Assembly (NCBI GenBank): GCA_000004985.1 | Contig: GG738890.1 | Length of the DNA stretch: 64,000 nucleotides | Reading direction: 5' to 3' (one strand) | Origin: Naegleria gruberi | Taxonomy: Eukaryota | Shown: positions 1 through 11,475 of the stretch, piece after piece | Position numbering within the stretch: position 1 is the stretch's first letter | Layout of the letters: every line of letters begins with the position of its first letter | Position numbers and translations under genes: made by a program | Notes under the pieces: model-generated | Database searches by the model: none | Seen by the model: the letters and a program-made list of their open reading frames with translations, nothing else | What the model was told of the DNA's origin: nothing

Positions 1-13
1 TTTATGTTGGAGG

Positions 14-1816
14 ATGAGGGAGAGTGTTTATTGGATTGAAGTTATTGTGCCAACTAAATTGAAGATTGTGGAGAGGTTTACAATTTTGGAGAGGGATTTG
101 AATAGGTTCACTCCTTCTCTAAAGTATTTTACAAAATCTAGTGCATTGCAGAGTTTATCTGAATTGAATGGGTTGACCTTGCAAAAGAAGGAGGATGTTG
201 AGAAGTTTTGTCAGAATCAATTATTGTGTGAATCTTTGAAAAGACTAACTGTCTATTTGCCTCAATCAATTTCAATATTTGATTTTGCATTCAGAAAAAT
301 TATCAAGAATTGTAAGAACCTCATAGAGTTGAATGTTTTGATAGCCTATTGTATTGAACCTGTTCATTTGGATTTGAATTTTGATGAAGAATTAATTACC
401 CTAAGCACAGAATGTAATACTTTGAAAATTTTGAGAATTGACAGCATGTACATGCATCCTCAAAATAGATTTCTAAAAAAATTATCACCCGAGTTGAGAT
501 TTATCCCAGAAATACCAGAAAAAATCTCAAAGAATTTATTTCCCAATCTAACCGAGCTCTATATCCATACGAGAAATAACAATCAAGATCCATCACTTCA
601 TGCATACAGTGGGAAACTAGCTCTTCAATGTCTCATTCCCTCACATGAACTCAGTTGCATGGATGTTACTAACGAATTCTTCAATATTACATTTCCAAAG
701 TGTAATAATATAGCCCTAAGTGGAGATTTTATTGGAATTGCTGACAAGATTCCAAACTATACACATGTCCAAAGTTTGAAATTGAATAATTTATTCGATA
801 GACCAGATAGATACATTTCGAGATTTCACAGATATTTGAATTTGAAATCGTTATCACTTTTCCGAGTGAACGTCAAACATGGCGAGCATTTAACCATGAG
901 TAAGATCAAATTTGCAACCTTCATTGAAGAACTGACCGTCAAGAATTCTCTCCTTCATCACAACTTTCTTCAACAATTAGTAGTGAGCACTTCATCTTTG
1001 AAATCGCTAGTGTTGGAACAAATAGATACGTACAAGGATTCTATCAGTATTGAAATAGATACTTCCAACACATCTTTTTCGAGTTTGAATACTGTTCGAG
1101 TGATTGACTGTTGTGGAACCTATGTGGAAATGTTGAAATTTATTCTCAACGATAATCCATCCTCTATCAACTATTTACAATTGAAATCGTGTGACGATTC
1201 TCTAGATTATGAATTTTTGGAAAGTCTCTTTTCCATTGCTTCCAGACCAGAGAATGTGTTTATTGAGGGAATTGAATTTAATGATGCACTGATTGAAAAG
1301 TATTTGAATTGGAGAGTATTTCCATCCACAATAGATTTTTCTTTTCAGGGAAGAAGCATTACAAGCAAATTCTTACTCAATCCAAAGAATTGTGACACAA
1401 TTCACAAAATATCAACTCTTTCGCTCCCATTTTGTCCAATTGAAAATGATGATTTTTGTGAAATTTTGGATTACTTGAATAGAGATCGAGTTGAGAAGAT
1501 TGAAATTAATCTGGGAACATCTGGTCCTACTGTGGAAACTTTTGAAGAATTGTCCAATTTCAAATCACTTCAAATATTGGACATTCGTGGAATGGTAGAA
1601 GATTTAGACTCCAACAGCCAATCTCTCCTCAATGATTCCATTCGAGAATTAATTATTGAAATGCCCAATCTCAGAGAGTGTAATTTGGATTGTTGGAATA
1701 TGACTCCACAAGAAATAGAGGCAGTCAAATTAACAATAAGATCTAAGGGGAGATCAGCACCCAAGTTGAATAATAATATTAACCTACCAAAACCTAATCA
1801 ATGCTTGATTTCCTAA
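14..1816 (+). CDS. Leucine-rich-repeat (FBXL-like) hypothetical protein, possibly 5'-partial
   Basis: 600-aa uninterrupted ORF. Repeated L-x-x-L-x-L-x-x-C/N leucine-rich units run throughout. The ATG at 14 lacks the A-rich context of other genes and the frame is open back to the window edge, so the true start may lie upstream. Confidence 0.45.
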   Translation: MRESVYWIEVIVPTKLKIVERFTILERDLNRFTPSLKYFTKSSALQSLSELNGLTLQKKEDVEKFCQNQLLCESLKRLTVYLPQSISIFDFAFRKIIKNCKNLIELNVLIAYCIEPVHLDLNFDEELITLSTECNTLKILRIDSMYMHPQNRFLKKLSPELRFIPEIPEKISKNLFPNLTELYIHTRNNNQDPSLHAYSGKLALQCLIPSHELSCMDVTNEFFNITFPKCNNIALSGDFIGIADKIPNYTHVQSLKLNNLFDRPDRYISRFHRYLNLKSLSLFRVNVKHGEHLTMSKIKFATFIEELTVKNSLLHHNFLQQLVVSTSSLKSLVLEQIDTYKDSISIEIDTSNTSFSSLNTVRVIDCCGTYVEMLKFILNDNPSSINYLQLKSCDDSLDYEFLESLFSIASRPENVFIEGIEFNDALIEKYLNWRVFPSTIDFSFQGRSITSKFLLNPKNCDTIHKISTLSLPFCPIENDDFCEILDYLNRDRVEKIEINLGTSGPTVETFEELSNFKSLQILDIRGMVEDLDSNSQSLLNDSIRELIIEMPNLRECNLDCWNMTPQEIEAVKLTIRSKGRSAPKLNNNINLPKPNQCLIS

Positions 1817-1895
1817 ATAAACAATTCTAATTTGACAAGAAACATTGTAACGCATTCCAGAACTGAACTATTAGTACAAAAGTCAACTCAAAAAA

Positions 1896-2636
1896 ATGTT
1901 AAATCATGACACGCTAGGAATCATTGCAAGGTTTATCTCTCTTGCTGATTTACCAGCATTTTGTCTCGTCAATAGTGAATGGAATTTAACTATTGAACTA
2001 CATGAAGATTATTCAGTTTTCTGGGTGGAAAAACAAATTAATTTTCTTGAATCTAAAATCTCCCTGTACGAAACTTCCATTGAATACAGCAAGGACCAAG
2101 CTCCCACCATTACAAACGAATGTCCAAGCAATGGTTTATTTTTCTTTGGAATTCAAACCTATACGTATAAGTATGGACACACATGGGCACCCCAAGGAAT
2201 GAAACATCCCAAATTCTTTCATCACAGATTGCAAAAGAGAATTCACACACTCGAAAGCAAAATCTATTCCCTGAAGAAATATAAAACCTATGGATATGAA
2301 GGTTTCTCGCGGGAACATTTGATGAATATTGTCTATTATGAATACTATTGGCTTGCTAGTAATTTAAATTCCTATCTGGCCAAATCCACTGCTCTGCCAC
2401 ATTACATTGGTGCATTGTGTGAGGATTTGGAGCGTCTCGAGTTGGAACGATGTCTTCTCAATAATACGGAAGACTCTGTTCAATTGGCACTCGTCTATCT
2501 TATCAAACTTTTTAAAACACCACCACCTCCCATCTATTTCAAGGATGATGTTTATAGGAAATACATTAACACAATTTTAGAAACAAAACCAATAGGAAGA
2601 ATCATTATATCCACTTTCAATGTATTATTATTGTAG
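1896..2636 (+). CDS. F-box-like hypothetical protein
   Basis: 246-aa ORF with aaaaaaATG context. N-terminus 'LGIIARFISLADLPAFCLVNSEWN' resembles an F-box (LPxE..L..VSK.W) motif. Confidence 0.4.
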   Translation: MLNHDTLGIIARFISLADLPAFCLVNSEWNLTIELHEDYSVFWVEKQINFLESKISLYETSIEYSKDQAPTITNECPSNGLFFFGIQTYTYKYGHTWAPQGMKHPKFFHHRLQKRIHTLESKIYSLKKYKTYGYEGFSREHLMNIVYYEYYWLASNLNSYLAKSTALPHYIGALCEDLERLELERCLLNNTEDSVQLALVYLIKLFKTPPPPIYFKDDVYRKYINTILETKPIGRIIISTFNVLLL

Positions 2637-2727
2637 TGTTATGATTGTCATCCCATAGAATTCTCTCATCAGGACTTCATTAAAATATTTTTTCAATTTA
2701 TTTTTTCCATTTGCAAAATATTAAAAA

Positions 2728-4938
2728 ATGTTTGGAAGTTCTGGTTTTAATGCCGGTGGTGGCAATCCTCAAGGAAATGCTCCTGGAGCCTTTTCATTTG
2801 GTAATAATAACTCTGCTCCAACACAACCAGCTACTGGTGGTGGTGGTGGATTTTCTTTTGGATCATCTACAACTGGAGGTACACAACCATCAACAACTGG
2901 AGGATTCGGACAACCTTCTGCACAACCACCAACTTCTGGAGGATTTGCTTTTGGATCATCTACAACTGGAGGTACACAACCATCTACAACTGGAGGATTT
3001 GGTTTTGGTTCAACACCTTCTACCCAACCAACAACTGGAGGAACAACTGCTGGAGGAACCACAGGTGGATTTGCTTTTGGAAATAAGCCAGCTACCACTG
3101 CAACTACAACACAACCAACCACTGGAGGAATGACTTTCGGTCAACCTTCTACACAACCAACAAGTACTGGAGGAACCACAGGAGGATTTGCTTTTGGTAC
3201 TCAGCCAACAACTGGAACAACTACACAACCAACAACTGGAACCACTGGTGGATTTAACTTTGGCTCTACTACACAACCTTCCACACAACCTACTATCAGC
3301 ACAACAACCACTACACAACCATCTAGTGGAGGATTCAATTTTGGTTCCACAACTACTCAACCAACAACCACACAACCAACTACAGGAACAGCTACTGGGG
3401 GAACTACAGGTGGATTTAACTTTGGAAATACTACAACTGGAACAACTACACAACCTACTACAGGTACAACTACTGGATTCAAAATCGGAACTACTTCAAC
3501 AACTCAACCAACTACTGGAACCACTGGAGGAACCACTGGTGGATTTAACTTTGGAAATACTACAACCCAACCATCAACTGGTACTACAACTACTAGCTCA
3601 ACAACTCAACCAACTACTGGTACCACGGGAGGATCTGGTGGATTTAACTTTGGTTCTACCACAACTACTCCATCAACAGTAGCCCAACCAACTACTACAG
3701 GTACAACTGGAGGAACCACAGGAGGATTTAACTTTGGAAATCAACCAAAACCTGTCACAACACAACCATCAACAACTGGTACTACAACACAACCAACCAC
3801 TACTACTACTGGTACAACAGGAGGAGGTGGAGGATTCAATTTCGGTTCTACTGCTACTACCACTACCCCATCAACCACCAACGCTCCAACTAGTACAGGA
3901 ACAACAGGAGGTGCTGGAGGATTCAACTTTGGAAATAAGCCAACAACAACTCCAACTACTACAACCACTACAGGTACAACAGGAACTACCAATGCAGGCT
4001 TCTCATTTGATAATAAGAGACCATCCGATGAGGGAGGTCCAAATAAGAAGAGATCAGCTGGTTCTGACATTTCCACATCAGGAAATACTACAACTACAGG
4101 CACTACTGGAGGTGGATTCACATTAAACACTGGATCAACAACAACTCCATCCTCTACTCAACCAACAACAGGTACCACAGGAGCTGGAGGTTTCAACTTT
4201 ACAGCTGGATCTGATACAAGCAAAAAGCCAACATTACCATCTTTGGATACAACAAATTCTACTACCACTGCTACTACCGGAGCTACTACAACAGCTCAAC
4301 CAACCACAGCTACCACAACTCAACCAAAACCTATTACTACCACAACTCCTCAAATAGATACATCACAAACTCTTTTAGGAAATAGTACTGTCGAAGAAAT
4401 AATTAACAAATGGAATACAGATCTTTCCACTGATATCAAAGATTTCCACAAAGCAGCTAACCTTGTTTCAAAGTGGGATAAGGATATTATGGAAAATGAA
4501 TCTAAGCTTATTGGACTTAACGATCAAGTTAATAGAATTACAGCAGAACAAAGTGAATTGAAAGGACAATTAGACATGATAGACTCTCAACAAAATAATT
4601 TGGAAAATATCATCAAGGGATTAGAAGATTACATTGAAAAGAATCAATCAATATATGATTCTAGTAAGAGGTCACAATCAGACAGGGAGAGAGAAGAAAC
4701 ATACAAGACTGCCGAATCTATTAATTGCCAACTCGATGCCATGCAACAAACTTTAGATGAAATGGTCATGCAACTTAACAAGACCTTTGAACAATCTGTG
4801 GATCCACATTCTGACTTTACTCGTATTGTGCAAGTAATGAATAATCACTTGGCATGCTTACAATGGATTGAACAACAAGCATCTGGTCTTGACTCTGACA
4901 TTCAAACAAGTTCGAATACTTTGAAACGACTTCAATAA
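2728..4938 (+). CDS. nup62: FG-repeat nucleoporin, Nup62/Nsp1 family
   Basis: 736-aa ORF. The N-terminal ~530 aa are GGFNFG/GGFAFG FG repeats separated by T/Q/P-rich spacers. The C-terminal ~200 aa coiled-coil 'EEIINKWNTDLSTDIKDFHKAANLVSKWDKDIMENESKL...' matches the conserved Nsp1/Nup62 C-terminal domain (from memory). A-rich Kozak. Confidence 0.8.
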   Translation: MFGSSGFNAGGGNPQGNAPGAFSFGNNNSAPTQPATGGGGGFSFGSSTTGGTQPSTTGGFGQPSAQPPTSGGFAFGSSTTGGTQPSTTGGFGFGSTPSTQPTTGGTTAGGTTGGFAFGNKPATTATTTQPTTGGMTFGQPSTQPTSTGGTTGGFAFGTQPTTGTTTQPTTGTTGGFNFGSTTQPSTQPTISTTTTTQPSSGGFNFGSTTTQPTTTQPTTGTATGGTTGGFNFGNTTTGTTTQPTTGTTTGFKIGTTSTTQPTTGTTGGTTGGFNFGNTTTQPSTGTTTTSSTTQPTTGTTGGSGGFNFGSTTTTPSTVAQPTTTGTTGGTTGGFNFGNQPKPVTTQPSTTGTTTQPTTTTTGTTGGGGGFNFGSTATTTTPSTTNAPTSTGTTGGAGGFNFGNKPTTTPTTTTTTGTTGTTNAGFSFDNKRPSDEGGPNKKRSAGSDISTSGNTTTTGTTGGGFTLNTGSTTTPSSTQPTTGTTGAGGFNFTAGSDTSKKPTLPSLDTTNSTTTATTGATTTAQPTTATTTQPKPITTTTPQIDTSQTLLGNSTVEEIINKWNTDLSTDIKDFHKAANLVSKWDKDIMENESKLIGLNDQVNRITAEQSELKGQLDMIDSQQNNLENIIKGLEDYIEKNQSIYDSSKRSQSDREREETYKTAESINCQLDAMQQTLDEMVMQLNKTFEQSVDPHSDFTRIVQVMNNHLACLQWIEQQASGLDSDIQTSSNTLKRLQ
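2770..4330 (+). repeat. Coding tandem repeat array (FG-nucleoporin repeats, ~45-60 nt units)
   Basis: Reiterated 'actggaggaaccacaggtggatttaactttgg'-like units are visible in the DNA. They give rise to spurious antisense and alternate-frame ORFs (2711..3133, 2769..3122, 3010..3453, 3188..3682, 3734..4126, 3741..4130). Confidence 0.7.
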
Positions 4939-5201
4939 ACATATTATACGACAATATCATAATACTAGCTCAAATTTAAAGTCCACCATTTCTTCAAGTT
5001 CCTCGAATGGATGATTGTCTATCAGGAAATGAGGTCCCTCTTCCAAGGCATGACCTAATTAATCCATAGTAAAATAATTCAAAGATATTGTTGTAAATAA
5101 CAGTTCCGAAGCCACCCACAAAGTACCCACCTCTGCAATTTCCAAAATGCAATTTAAGGAGATGCACACAGAATAGATTCTGATGGGCAAACTAGAAAAA
5201 A

Positions 5202-6878
5202 ATGTCCCAACAACCACAACTCCCATCATCCTACGAGGATAATAACATTGCTACTTCAACTTCTAATGATAAAGTTACGAATTTAGAATTGACTCATGAA
5301 AAGATTATCATTATTGATTTCGGATCACAATATACACAACTCATTGGTCGTAAAGTTCGTGAATTGAATGTTTATTGTGAGATTTATCCATACGATAAAT
5401 TCAATGAAAATACATTGAAGGTGAGTAGTGGTGGTGAGAATGCAGAACAAGATGGATGGTCATTTGTGAGAGGTGTTATTCTATCTGGATCTCATCATTC
5501 AGTTCATGATGAACATTCACCACGTGTCAATGAACAAGTTTGGAATGAAATTCATAAGAGACAAATTCCAATTCTTGGTATTTGTTTTGGTGCTCAAATG
5601 TTAGCTCACTTGTATGGAGAACAAGTTGTTTCAAGTGTTATTAGAGAATATGGACGTGCTCATATTCAATTGACCTCAAATAATGAAGATACAATTCTTA
5701 GTCAATTGAGTGGTGATTCACAAGTTTGGATGTCGCATGGTGATTCAATTCTTATTAAGGAAGAAGGTTCTCAATTGGAAATTATTGCAAAATCTGATAG
5801 TATTCCAGTTGCTGCTTTCAAAGTTAAGGGAAAGAAGATTTTTGGTGTTCAATTCCATCCAGAGGTTCATCACTCACATTGTGGAAAGTTGATTCTCTCC
5901 AATTTCTTGAAACTTGCTGGATGCTCTTGTACTTGGACTCCTTCTCATTTCATTGACGAAACTGTAAAGAATTTGAAACAAACTATTGGAGAAAGTGATC
6001 ACGTTGTTATGGCATTGAGTGGAGGTGTTGACAGTAGTGTTGCTGCCGTTCTCTTACAAAAGGCTATTGGAGACAGATTACATTGTATTTTTGTAGATAA
6101 TGGATTATTGAGATTGAATGAATTTGAACAAGTATTGGAAACTTATAGAGATAGTTTACATTTGAATGTTAAGGGAGTTGAAGTATCTACACTCTTCTAT
6201 GATGCATTGAAGGGAGAATCTGATCCAGAAAAGAAACGTAAAATTATTGGAGCCAAATTTATTGAAGTATTCGAAAAGGAAGCTCAACAAATTTCCAATG
6301 TCAAACACTTGGGTCAAGGAACTATTTATCCAGATGTTGTCGAGTCAATTGGTGGAGCAACTATCAAGAGTCACCACAATGTTGGTGGTCTTCCAGAAAA
6401 GATGCACATGAAAGTGGTTGAGCCATTGAGATTACTTTTCAAGGATGAAGTCAGAAGAGTTGGTAAGGAATTAGGAATTCCAGATAACATCTTACTTCGT
6501 CATCCATTCCCTGGTCCTGGACTTGGTATTAGAATTTTAGGCGATATCACTGCAGAGAAGGTTGAATTATTACAAAAGGTTGATGCCATCTATGTTAATT
6601 CATTGAAGGAAGAAGGATTGTATAATCAAATCTGGCAAGCTGGTGCTATCTTGTTGCCAATTCATTCGGTTGGTGTTCAAGGGGATGGCAGAACTTATGA
6701 GAAGGTTGTTGCTTTGAGAGCTGTTACTTCTGTTGATGGTATGACTGCAGATATTTTCCATTTCCCTTGGGAATTCCTTGGAAAGGTTTCGAATAAGATC
6801 ATTAATCAAGTTAAGGGTGTGAATAGAGTTGTCTATGATATTAGTACTAAACCACCTTCAACTATTGAATGGGAATAA
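5202..6878 (+). CDS. guaA: GMP synthase (glutamine-hydrolysing)
   Basis: 558 aa. Class-I glutamine amidotransferase motifs ('[13 protein letters not shown]', '[11 protein letters not shown]') are followed by the PP-loop '[15 protein letters not shown]' and a GMP-synthase C-terminal domain. ~35-aa N-terminal extension. aaaaaaATGtcc start. Confidence 0.9.
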   Translation: MSQQPQLPSSYEDNNIATSTSNDKVTNLELTHEKIIIIDFGSQYTQLIGRKVRELNVYCEIYPYDKFNENTLKVSSGGENAEQDGWSFVRGVILSGSHHSVHDEHSPRVNEQVWNEIHKRQIPILGICFGAQMLAHLYGEQVVSSVIREYGRAHIQLTSNNEDTILSQLSGDSQVWMSHGDSILIKEEGSQLEIIAKSDSIPVAAFKVKGKKIFGVQFHPEVHHSHCGKLILSNFLKLAGCSCTWTPSHFIDETVKNLKQTIGESDHVVMALSGGVDSSVAAVLLQKAIGDRLHCIFVDNGLLRLNEFEQVLETYRDSLHLNVKGVEVSTLFYDALKGESDPEKKRKIIGAKFIEVFEKEAQQISNVKHLGQGTIYPDVVESIGGATIKSHHNVGGLPEKMHMKVVEPLRLLFKDEVRRVGKELGIPDNILLRHPFPGPGLGIRILGDITAEKVELLQKVDAIYVNSLKEEGLYNQIWQAGAILLPIHSVGVQGDGRTYEKVVALRAVTSVDGMTADIFHFPWEFLGKVSNKIINQVKGVNRVVYDISTKPPSTIEWE

Positions 6879-6937
6879 ATCTATTATCGATTCTAAACTT
6901 TTAAAACAAAGAACTCATTCATTTTGACAAGAAAAGT

Positions 6938-8351
6938 TTATGCCTTAACCTTAAAGTTATAAACGTCACCATCTTGAGTAATATATTCTTTTCCTTCCTG
7001 TCTAATCAGATTCTTTCTCTTGGCCTTGGCATCGTCACAATCGCAATCCAAATAATCCTTCCAATTAATGGTTTCTGCCTTGATGAATCCCTTTTCAAAA
7101 TCACTGTGAATTACACCTGCTGATTCTTGAGCAGTACTTCCTTTAGTAACAGTCCAAGCTCTTGTTTCTTGCACACCAACAGTGTAATAAGTAATGAGAT
7201 CCAACAATTCATAAGATGATGTGATAATTCTCTCGAGACCAGTTTGTTTCAACCCATATTCATTCAAAAGTTCAGCTCTTGATTCTGGTTCACATTGAGC
7301 AACTTCAGATTCCAATTGAGCACAGACAATAACTGGTTCAACAGTATTTCCTCTCTTCTTAATATGTTCTATAAGTGCTTGTGTATGTGTGTTTCCTCCA
7401 TCAATAATTGTCTGTTCATCCACATTACAAATATATAAAATTTTCTTGGTTGTTAAAAAGTTAAATTGTTTCAAAATGGCTATTTCAGCAGCTGTCCATT
7501 TAACTGTATAAAGTGAATTTTCCTCAATCAATGTTTCATGACACTTTTTCAATAAATCCATCTTATCCTTTGATGCTTGAATTTCCTTTCTCTTCATATT
7601 TCTTTCAACAACATCCAAATCACTGAGCATTAATTCTGATTCAATAATTTGAACATCTCTCACTGGATCAACACTATTTTCGACGTGTGTAATATTCACA
7701 TCTTCGAAACATCTCACCATTTGTGCAATACAGTTCACTCCTCTAATGTGACTCAAAAATTTGTTACCCAATCCCTTTCCTTCAGCTGCTCCTTTAATTA
7801 AACCTGCAATATCAATCACTTCAATGTAAGTTGGAACAATTTTCTTGGTTTTTGCCCTTTCAGCAAGTAATTCCAATCTTTCATCTGGAACTGTACAGAC
7901 ACCAACGTTTGGTTCAATAGTACAGAATGGGAAATTGGCTGCTTCTGCCTTTGTTGATTCAGTCAGTGCTGTTATTTAATTCGTATATAAAAAGTTTCAA
8001 ATAAATTTCATCAATTTCAATTATTTCACACAAGAATTTCAACAATTTTTATCATAATTGTTAGAGAAATTCAGAAGATTAAAACAACATACCATTAAAA
8101 AGTGTAGATTTACCAACATTTGGCATTCCGACAATTCCAACACTTCTCTTTGCACTACTTCTAGTCGAATGTGATTGAACGGAAGAATTCAACATGACGA
8201 ATTGTTGATTAAATTTAGAAGCAAATGTTGAATTGGCAAAAATTGATGCCGGTGTTGATGAACATTGTGTATTTCGGGTAATGACGGAATGAACACCCAA
8301 TAAACGTTGTTGGAAAACGTTGGTGGTGGAAAAGCGAGAAAGTTTTTGCAT
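6938..8351 (-). CDS. ola1: Obg-like ATPase 1 (YchF/Ola1), 2 exons
   Basis: Exon 1 is 8351..8093. It ends '...GIVGMPNVGKSTLFN' plus one nt (P-loop), then donor GTATGT. The intron is 7969..8092 (124 nt, GTATGT...AACAG). Exon 2 is 7968..6938 and continues 'ALTESTKAEAANFPFCTIEPNVG...IDIAGLIKGAAEGKGLGNKFLSHIR...' with a TGS-like C-terminus. Joined length 1290 nt = 430 codons, in frame. The two ORF-track pieces (8079..8351, 6938..7876) are these exons. taaaaaaaaATG start. Confidence 0.8.
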
Positions 8352-8530
8352 TTTTTTTTAAATTTTTTGATTGAATTGCAAAATTTGAAAATATTTTGAA
8401 AATTTAATTATTAATATTTAATAATATGCATGTTGGCCATATATCAAATGACAGTGGCAGTTCCAATAAATAAGATACATGGATCTATAATTCAGACGAT
8501 GTCAATAAATTAAATTCAAAACTATTTCAG

Positions 8531-9325
8531 CTATTCTACATGTTGTACAATGTCAATCAAGTGACGTAAATCATGACAAATGAAATCTGGCTCATATTTC
8601 TCAACACATTCAGTATGCTTATCATCCCAATCAGTTTCTTGAGTATAGAGACAACTGAGAGCTCCTGCCTTCTTAGCACAAACAATATCATGAAATGAAT
8701 CACCAATCATTATCATATTCTCAATGGGAACATTCAATTCTTCTGCAATTCGAGTAAGACATTGAGGATTTGGCTTGTAAGGTAAATATTCTCTTCCATG
8801 TAATATTGTGTAAAAATCCGAATAATTACTTCCCAATTTTTCAATAAATAATTGCAAGGTACTTTGTGAATTTCTTGTAACAATTGCAAAATGTTTCAGT
8901 GGTGATTTTTCATCCAATTGTAACTTTTTCAATTCATCCAAAGTTTCAAATAGGTATGGTTGAAATTCCAATTTGTCATTGGCCTCCGATTCTACCCTAT
9001 GAATAATATCAAATAATCTCTTCTTTTCCTCTTCATCATTCAAACTATGAATATGATCCAACACATCGATAGGAGCACTGATACCAGTCAAGAGTCTCAT
9101 CTTGGCAAAATCAATAACAGGTACAGTTAAAGTGCCATCCATATCAAAAGTAGCCACTCGGATCAATGGCTTTTTAATCGATTGTTCATGAACAAAATAG
9201 TAGGGTTTTTCATCTGTTGAGTGAGAGGTTGAATTAACAAAAATCTTCTTGTAGAGTTGATTAAAGTGATTGTGGTGATGTTTTCTGAGAACGGAGAGGT
9301 GGGAAGGACATGTCTTGTGAATCAT
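8531..9325 (-). CDS. HAD-superfamily hydrolase/phosphatase
   Basis: HAD motif I 'VATFDMDGTLT' and motif IV 'IMIGDSFHDIVCAKKAGA'. The ORF-track start at 9370 is a TTG. The ATG at 9325 has caaaaaaATG context. Confidence 0.6.
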   Translation of the reverse strand: MIHKTCPSHLSVLRKHHHNHFNQLYKKIFVNSTSHSTDEKPYYFVHEQSIKKPLIRVATFDMDGTLTVPVIDFAKMRLLTGISAPIDVLDHIHSLNDEEEKKRLFDIIHRVESEANDKLEFQPYLFETLDELKKLQLDEKSPLKHFAIVTRNSQSTLQLFIEKLGSNYSDFYTILHGREYLPYKPNPQCLTRIAEELNVPIENMIMIGDSFHDIVCAKKAGALSCLYTQETDWDDKHTECVEKYEPDFICHDLRHLIDIVQHVE

Positions 9326-9461
9326 TTTTTTGATTATTTTCAATCTATTTTCAATGATTCTTTTACACAACCATGTTGAGATGATTGTTAATTGGCACCA
9401 AGTTTACAATAATTGTTTGGCAGGAGAAATAATAAATTTATTGTTGTACAAAATCTAGAGC

Positions 9462-10268
9462 TTAATTTTCATTAGCCATGACATAGGCAATAATGTCTCG
9501 GAGAGAAATAACTTTAACTGGATGGAGTTGCTTGTCACAAACATACATTCTGTGAATTCTGTTGGCAGCCAATCTTCCAATAACAAATCCTAGTTCAGTT
9601 TCTTCAGAGCATGAAATGGCTGGATGACTTTCATTATATGATTGTTCTCGAATATGTTGGACAAAGGTGTGAACTCCTTGATGGAGAGAATGATAAAGAT
9701 TAGATGGATTAATAGCCTTAATGTCTCTTGCTGATAAGTTTCCAATCAAAATTCCTGTAGCATCAACAACAGCCAAACCACTGACCTTCATTTGTTGCAT
9801 CTTTTTGAAACAATCAATAGTTCTATTGTGTTTTTCAAGAGTAATAACTGGAGAGACACCTAAATCAGCAGCACCAACTTTTTGATGAGCAATGTCACCC
9901 ATTTGTTTTTGATGAAGAGCAAGGAAATTGACAATTTGTGCTTGAGTCAAAATACTGACCATCTTTCCGTGGCTATCAATAACTGGACAACGGTGTGACT
10001 TTTCCTTGACCAACAAGGTACAAGCATCATAGAGTGATTTATCATCTCTAATTGGAGTGAATGGATTGTGAGCAAAGTCAGTAATACCTCCTATTTGTTG
10101 ATCTTGGAATTTAGAAGCAGTCTTCAATCTAGAGAAAATGTCATTACCTTGTCTTGTTTCAGCTTCTCCAAAAAGTTCAACCAAATAAGCCAAAATATCG
10201 AGAATATCAACCAAACCGATACATTCCTTTCCCTTCATGACTGGAGCAGAAACAATACCAGAAGACAT
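9462..10268 (-). CDS. CBS-domain pair protein
   Basis: 268 aa. Repeated CBS-like units ('GLVDILDILAYL', 'GLAVVDATGILIGNLSARDI', 'ISLRDIIAYV'). Real ATG at 10268. Confidence 0.55.
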   Translation of the reverse strand: MSSGIVSAPVMKGKECIGLVDILDILAYLVELFGEAETRQGNDIFSRLKTASKFQDQQIGGITDFAHNPFTPIRDDKSLYDACTLLVKEKSHRCPVIDSHGKMVSILTQAQIVNFLALHQKQMGDIAHQKVGAADLGVSPVITLEKHNRTIDCFKKMQQMKVSGLAVVDATGILIGNLSARDIKAINPSNLYHSLHQGVHTFVQHIREQSYNESHPAISCSEETELGFVIGRLAANRIHRMYVCDKQLHPVKVISLRDIIAYVMANEN

Positions 10269-11439
10269 TAATTTCTAATTTTTCAAAGAGTTTGAATATT
10301 ATCCGTTTTTTTGATATTAATTAAACAAATGATGAAGAGAGTGATAATAGAGCGTTGAAGATGTGCAATATTAATTCGAACAATTGTTGTTGCCAATATT
10401 AACGTTAAGATTAATTATTGTATTGTGTTGTTAATAATAAAAATCAATGTTTTTCCATCATCGTAGAAAATAAAATTCAAGTCATCACGGATCTTCCTAT
10501 AATACCTACCTCCAAAACATCATGTAATTTATCTTCGTATTGGAAAGTAATCAATTCTGTTGGCTTGGCGACTTCCTTGACCAATGTTTTTCTGAGCAAG
10601 CTAAATAATTCCTTCATTTTTTTTTAAAATCTTTAAAATATCGGTTAATAGGTAGATGCGACCCTTAAATGGACTATTTAAAAATATAAAAATGATATTA
10701 TTTAAATTCACAACGTTGACTTTTTGAGTTTTGTGTTGAAAGGATGGTGCATGAATATAATATATTCATATTTTTCATTACACAGCCAATCTGATTGTGA
10801 AATACACGAAAGAGTTGTTTCTGTTTTGTGAGTAGACAAGAAACATGTTCCAGTTTTTAAAGATTTGATTCAATAGAAGAAATATCTTTCAGAGAGATCC
10901 TTTGTACAATAGAGACTTTTTTATTGAAAACTACTAAACAATTTCTAATCTGATATTATTATACAATTGTGGTTTTGTGTTCTTGATATTAGGAGTGCTG
11001 TGGATTTACAATTCTGCAAATGCTATAAAGTGAGGGGAATAATTATCAGCCCTCTTGTGACTCTACTATTCTCAATAATAATTGAAATGAAAAAGTGCAA
11101 GAGGGCTCTCTGAGTCTATAATCATAATAGCTGAAGTATTCATTGCAGTAGGTTTCTTTTTTTTAATTGAACAAGAGACAATCATCACATTCAAGCCAGC
11201 TCTCTTTCTATTTATATTTTAGGAAATGCCTCTTTCAAATTTTGAAACAAACTCTTGTCTATTTGTATTTTTGGTAAATGTAACTTTCATATTTTGAAGC
11301 TGCTATCTAAATTTTTAATTTTCATGATCATGAGAGTTATATAATCAATAAATATTTATTGATCTTAATTGATTCGAGGATGAATCTGTACTGTTGCTTT
11401 TTACTGGCCCTAGTTCAGAAATCAGATGCAACAAGGGTT

Positions 11440-11475
11440 GAAGTGATTGATATTTCACAATTTAAGATAGTGAAT
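11440..11475 (+). promoter_or_regulatory. Conserved 36-nt block immediately upstream of 5S rRNA (copy 1)
   Basis: GAAGTGATTGATATTTCACAATTTAAGATAGTGAAT recurs with 4 mismatches at 24691..24726 directly upstream of the second 5S copy. It contains a TATA-like ATATTT about 25 nt upstream of the 5S start. Confidence 0.35.

Noticed and set aside
2711-4130. Six ORF-track ORFs on both strands overlapping the nup62 repeat region (2711..3133, 2769..3122, 3010..3453, 3188..3682, 3734..4126, 3741..4130)
   Set aside because: They are low-complexity translations of the FG-repeat DNA in alternate or antisense frames. The 736-aa sense ORF with a conserved Nup62 C-terminal domain explains the region.
2770-4330. 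Regular short DNA repeats that could superficially suggest a CRISPR-like array
   Set aside because: The repeats are imperfect and coding (FG repeats), with no repeat-spacer architecture, in a eukaryotic context.
8079-8092. ORF-track stop for 8079..8351, suggesting a 90-aa stand-alone ORF
   Set aside because: The stop lies inside the GTATGT intron. The exon ends at 8093 and splices to 7968, giving a complete Ola1/YchF protein.
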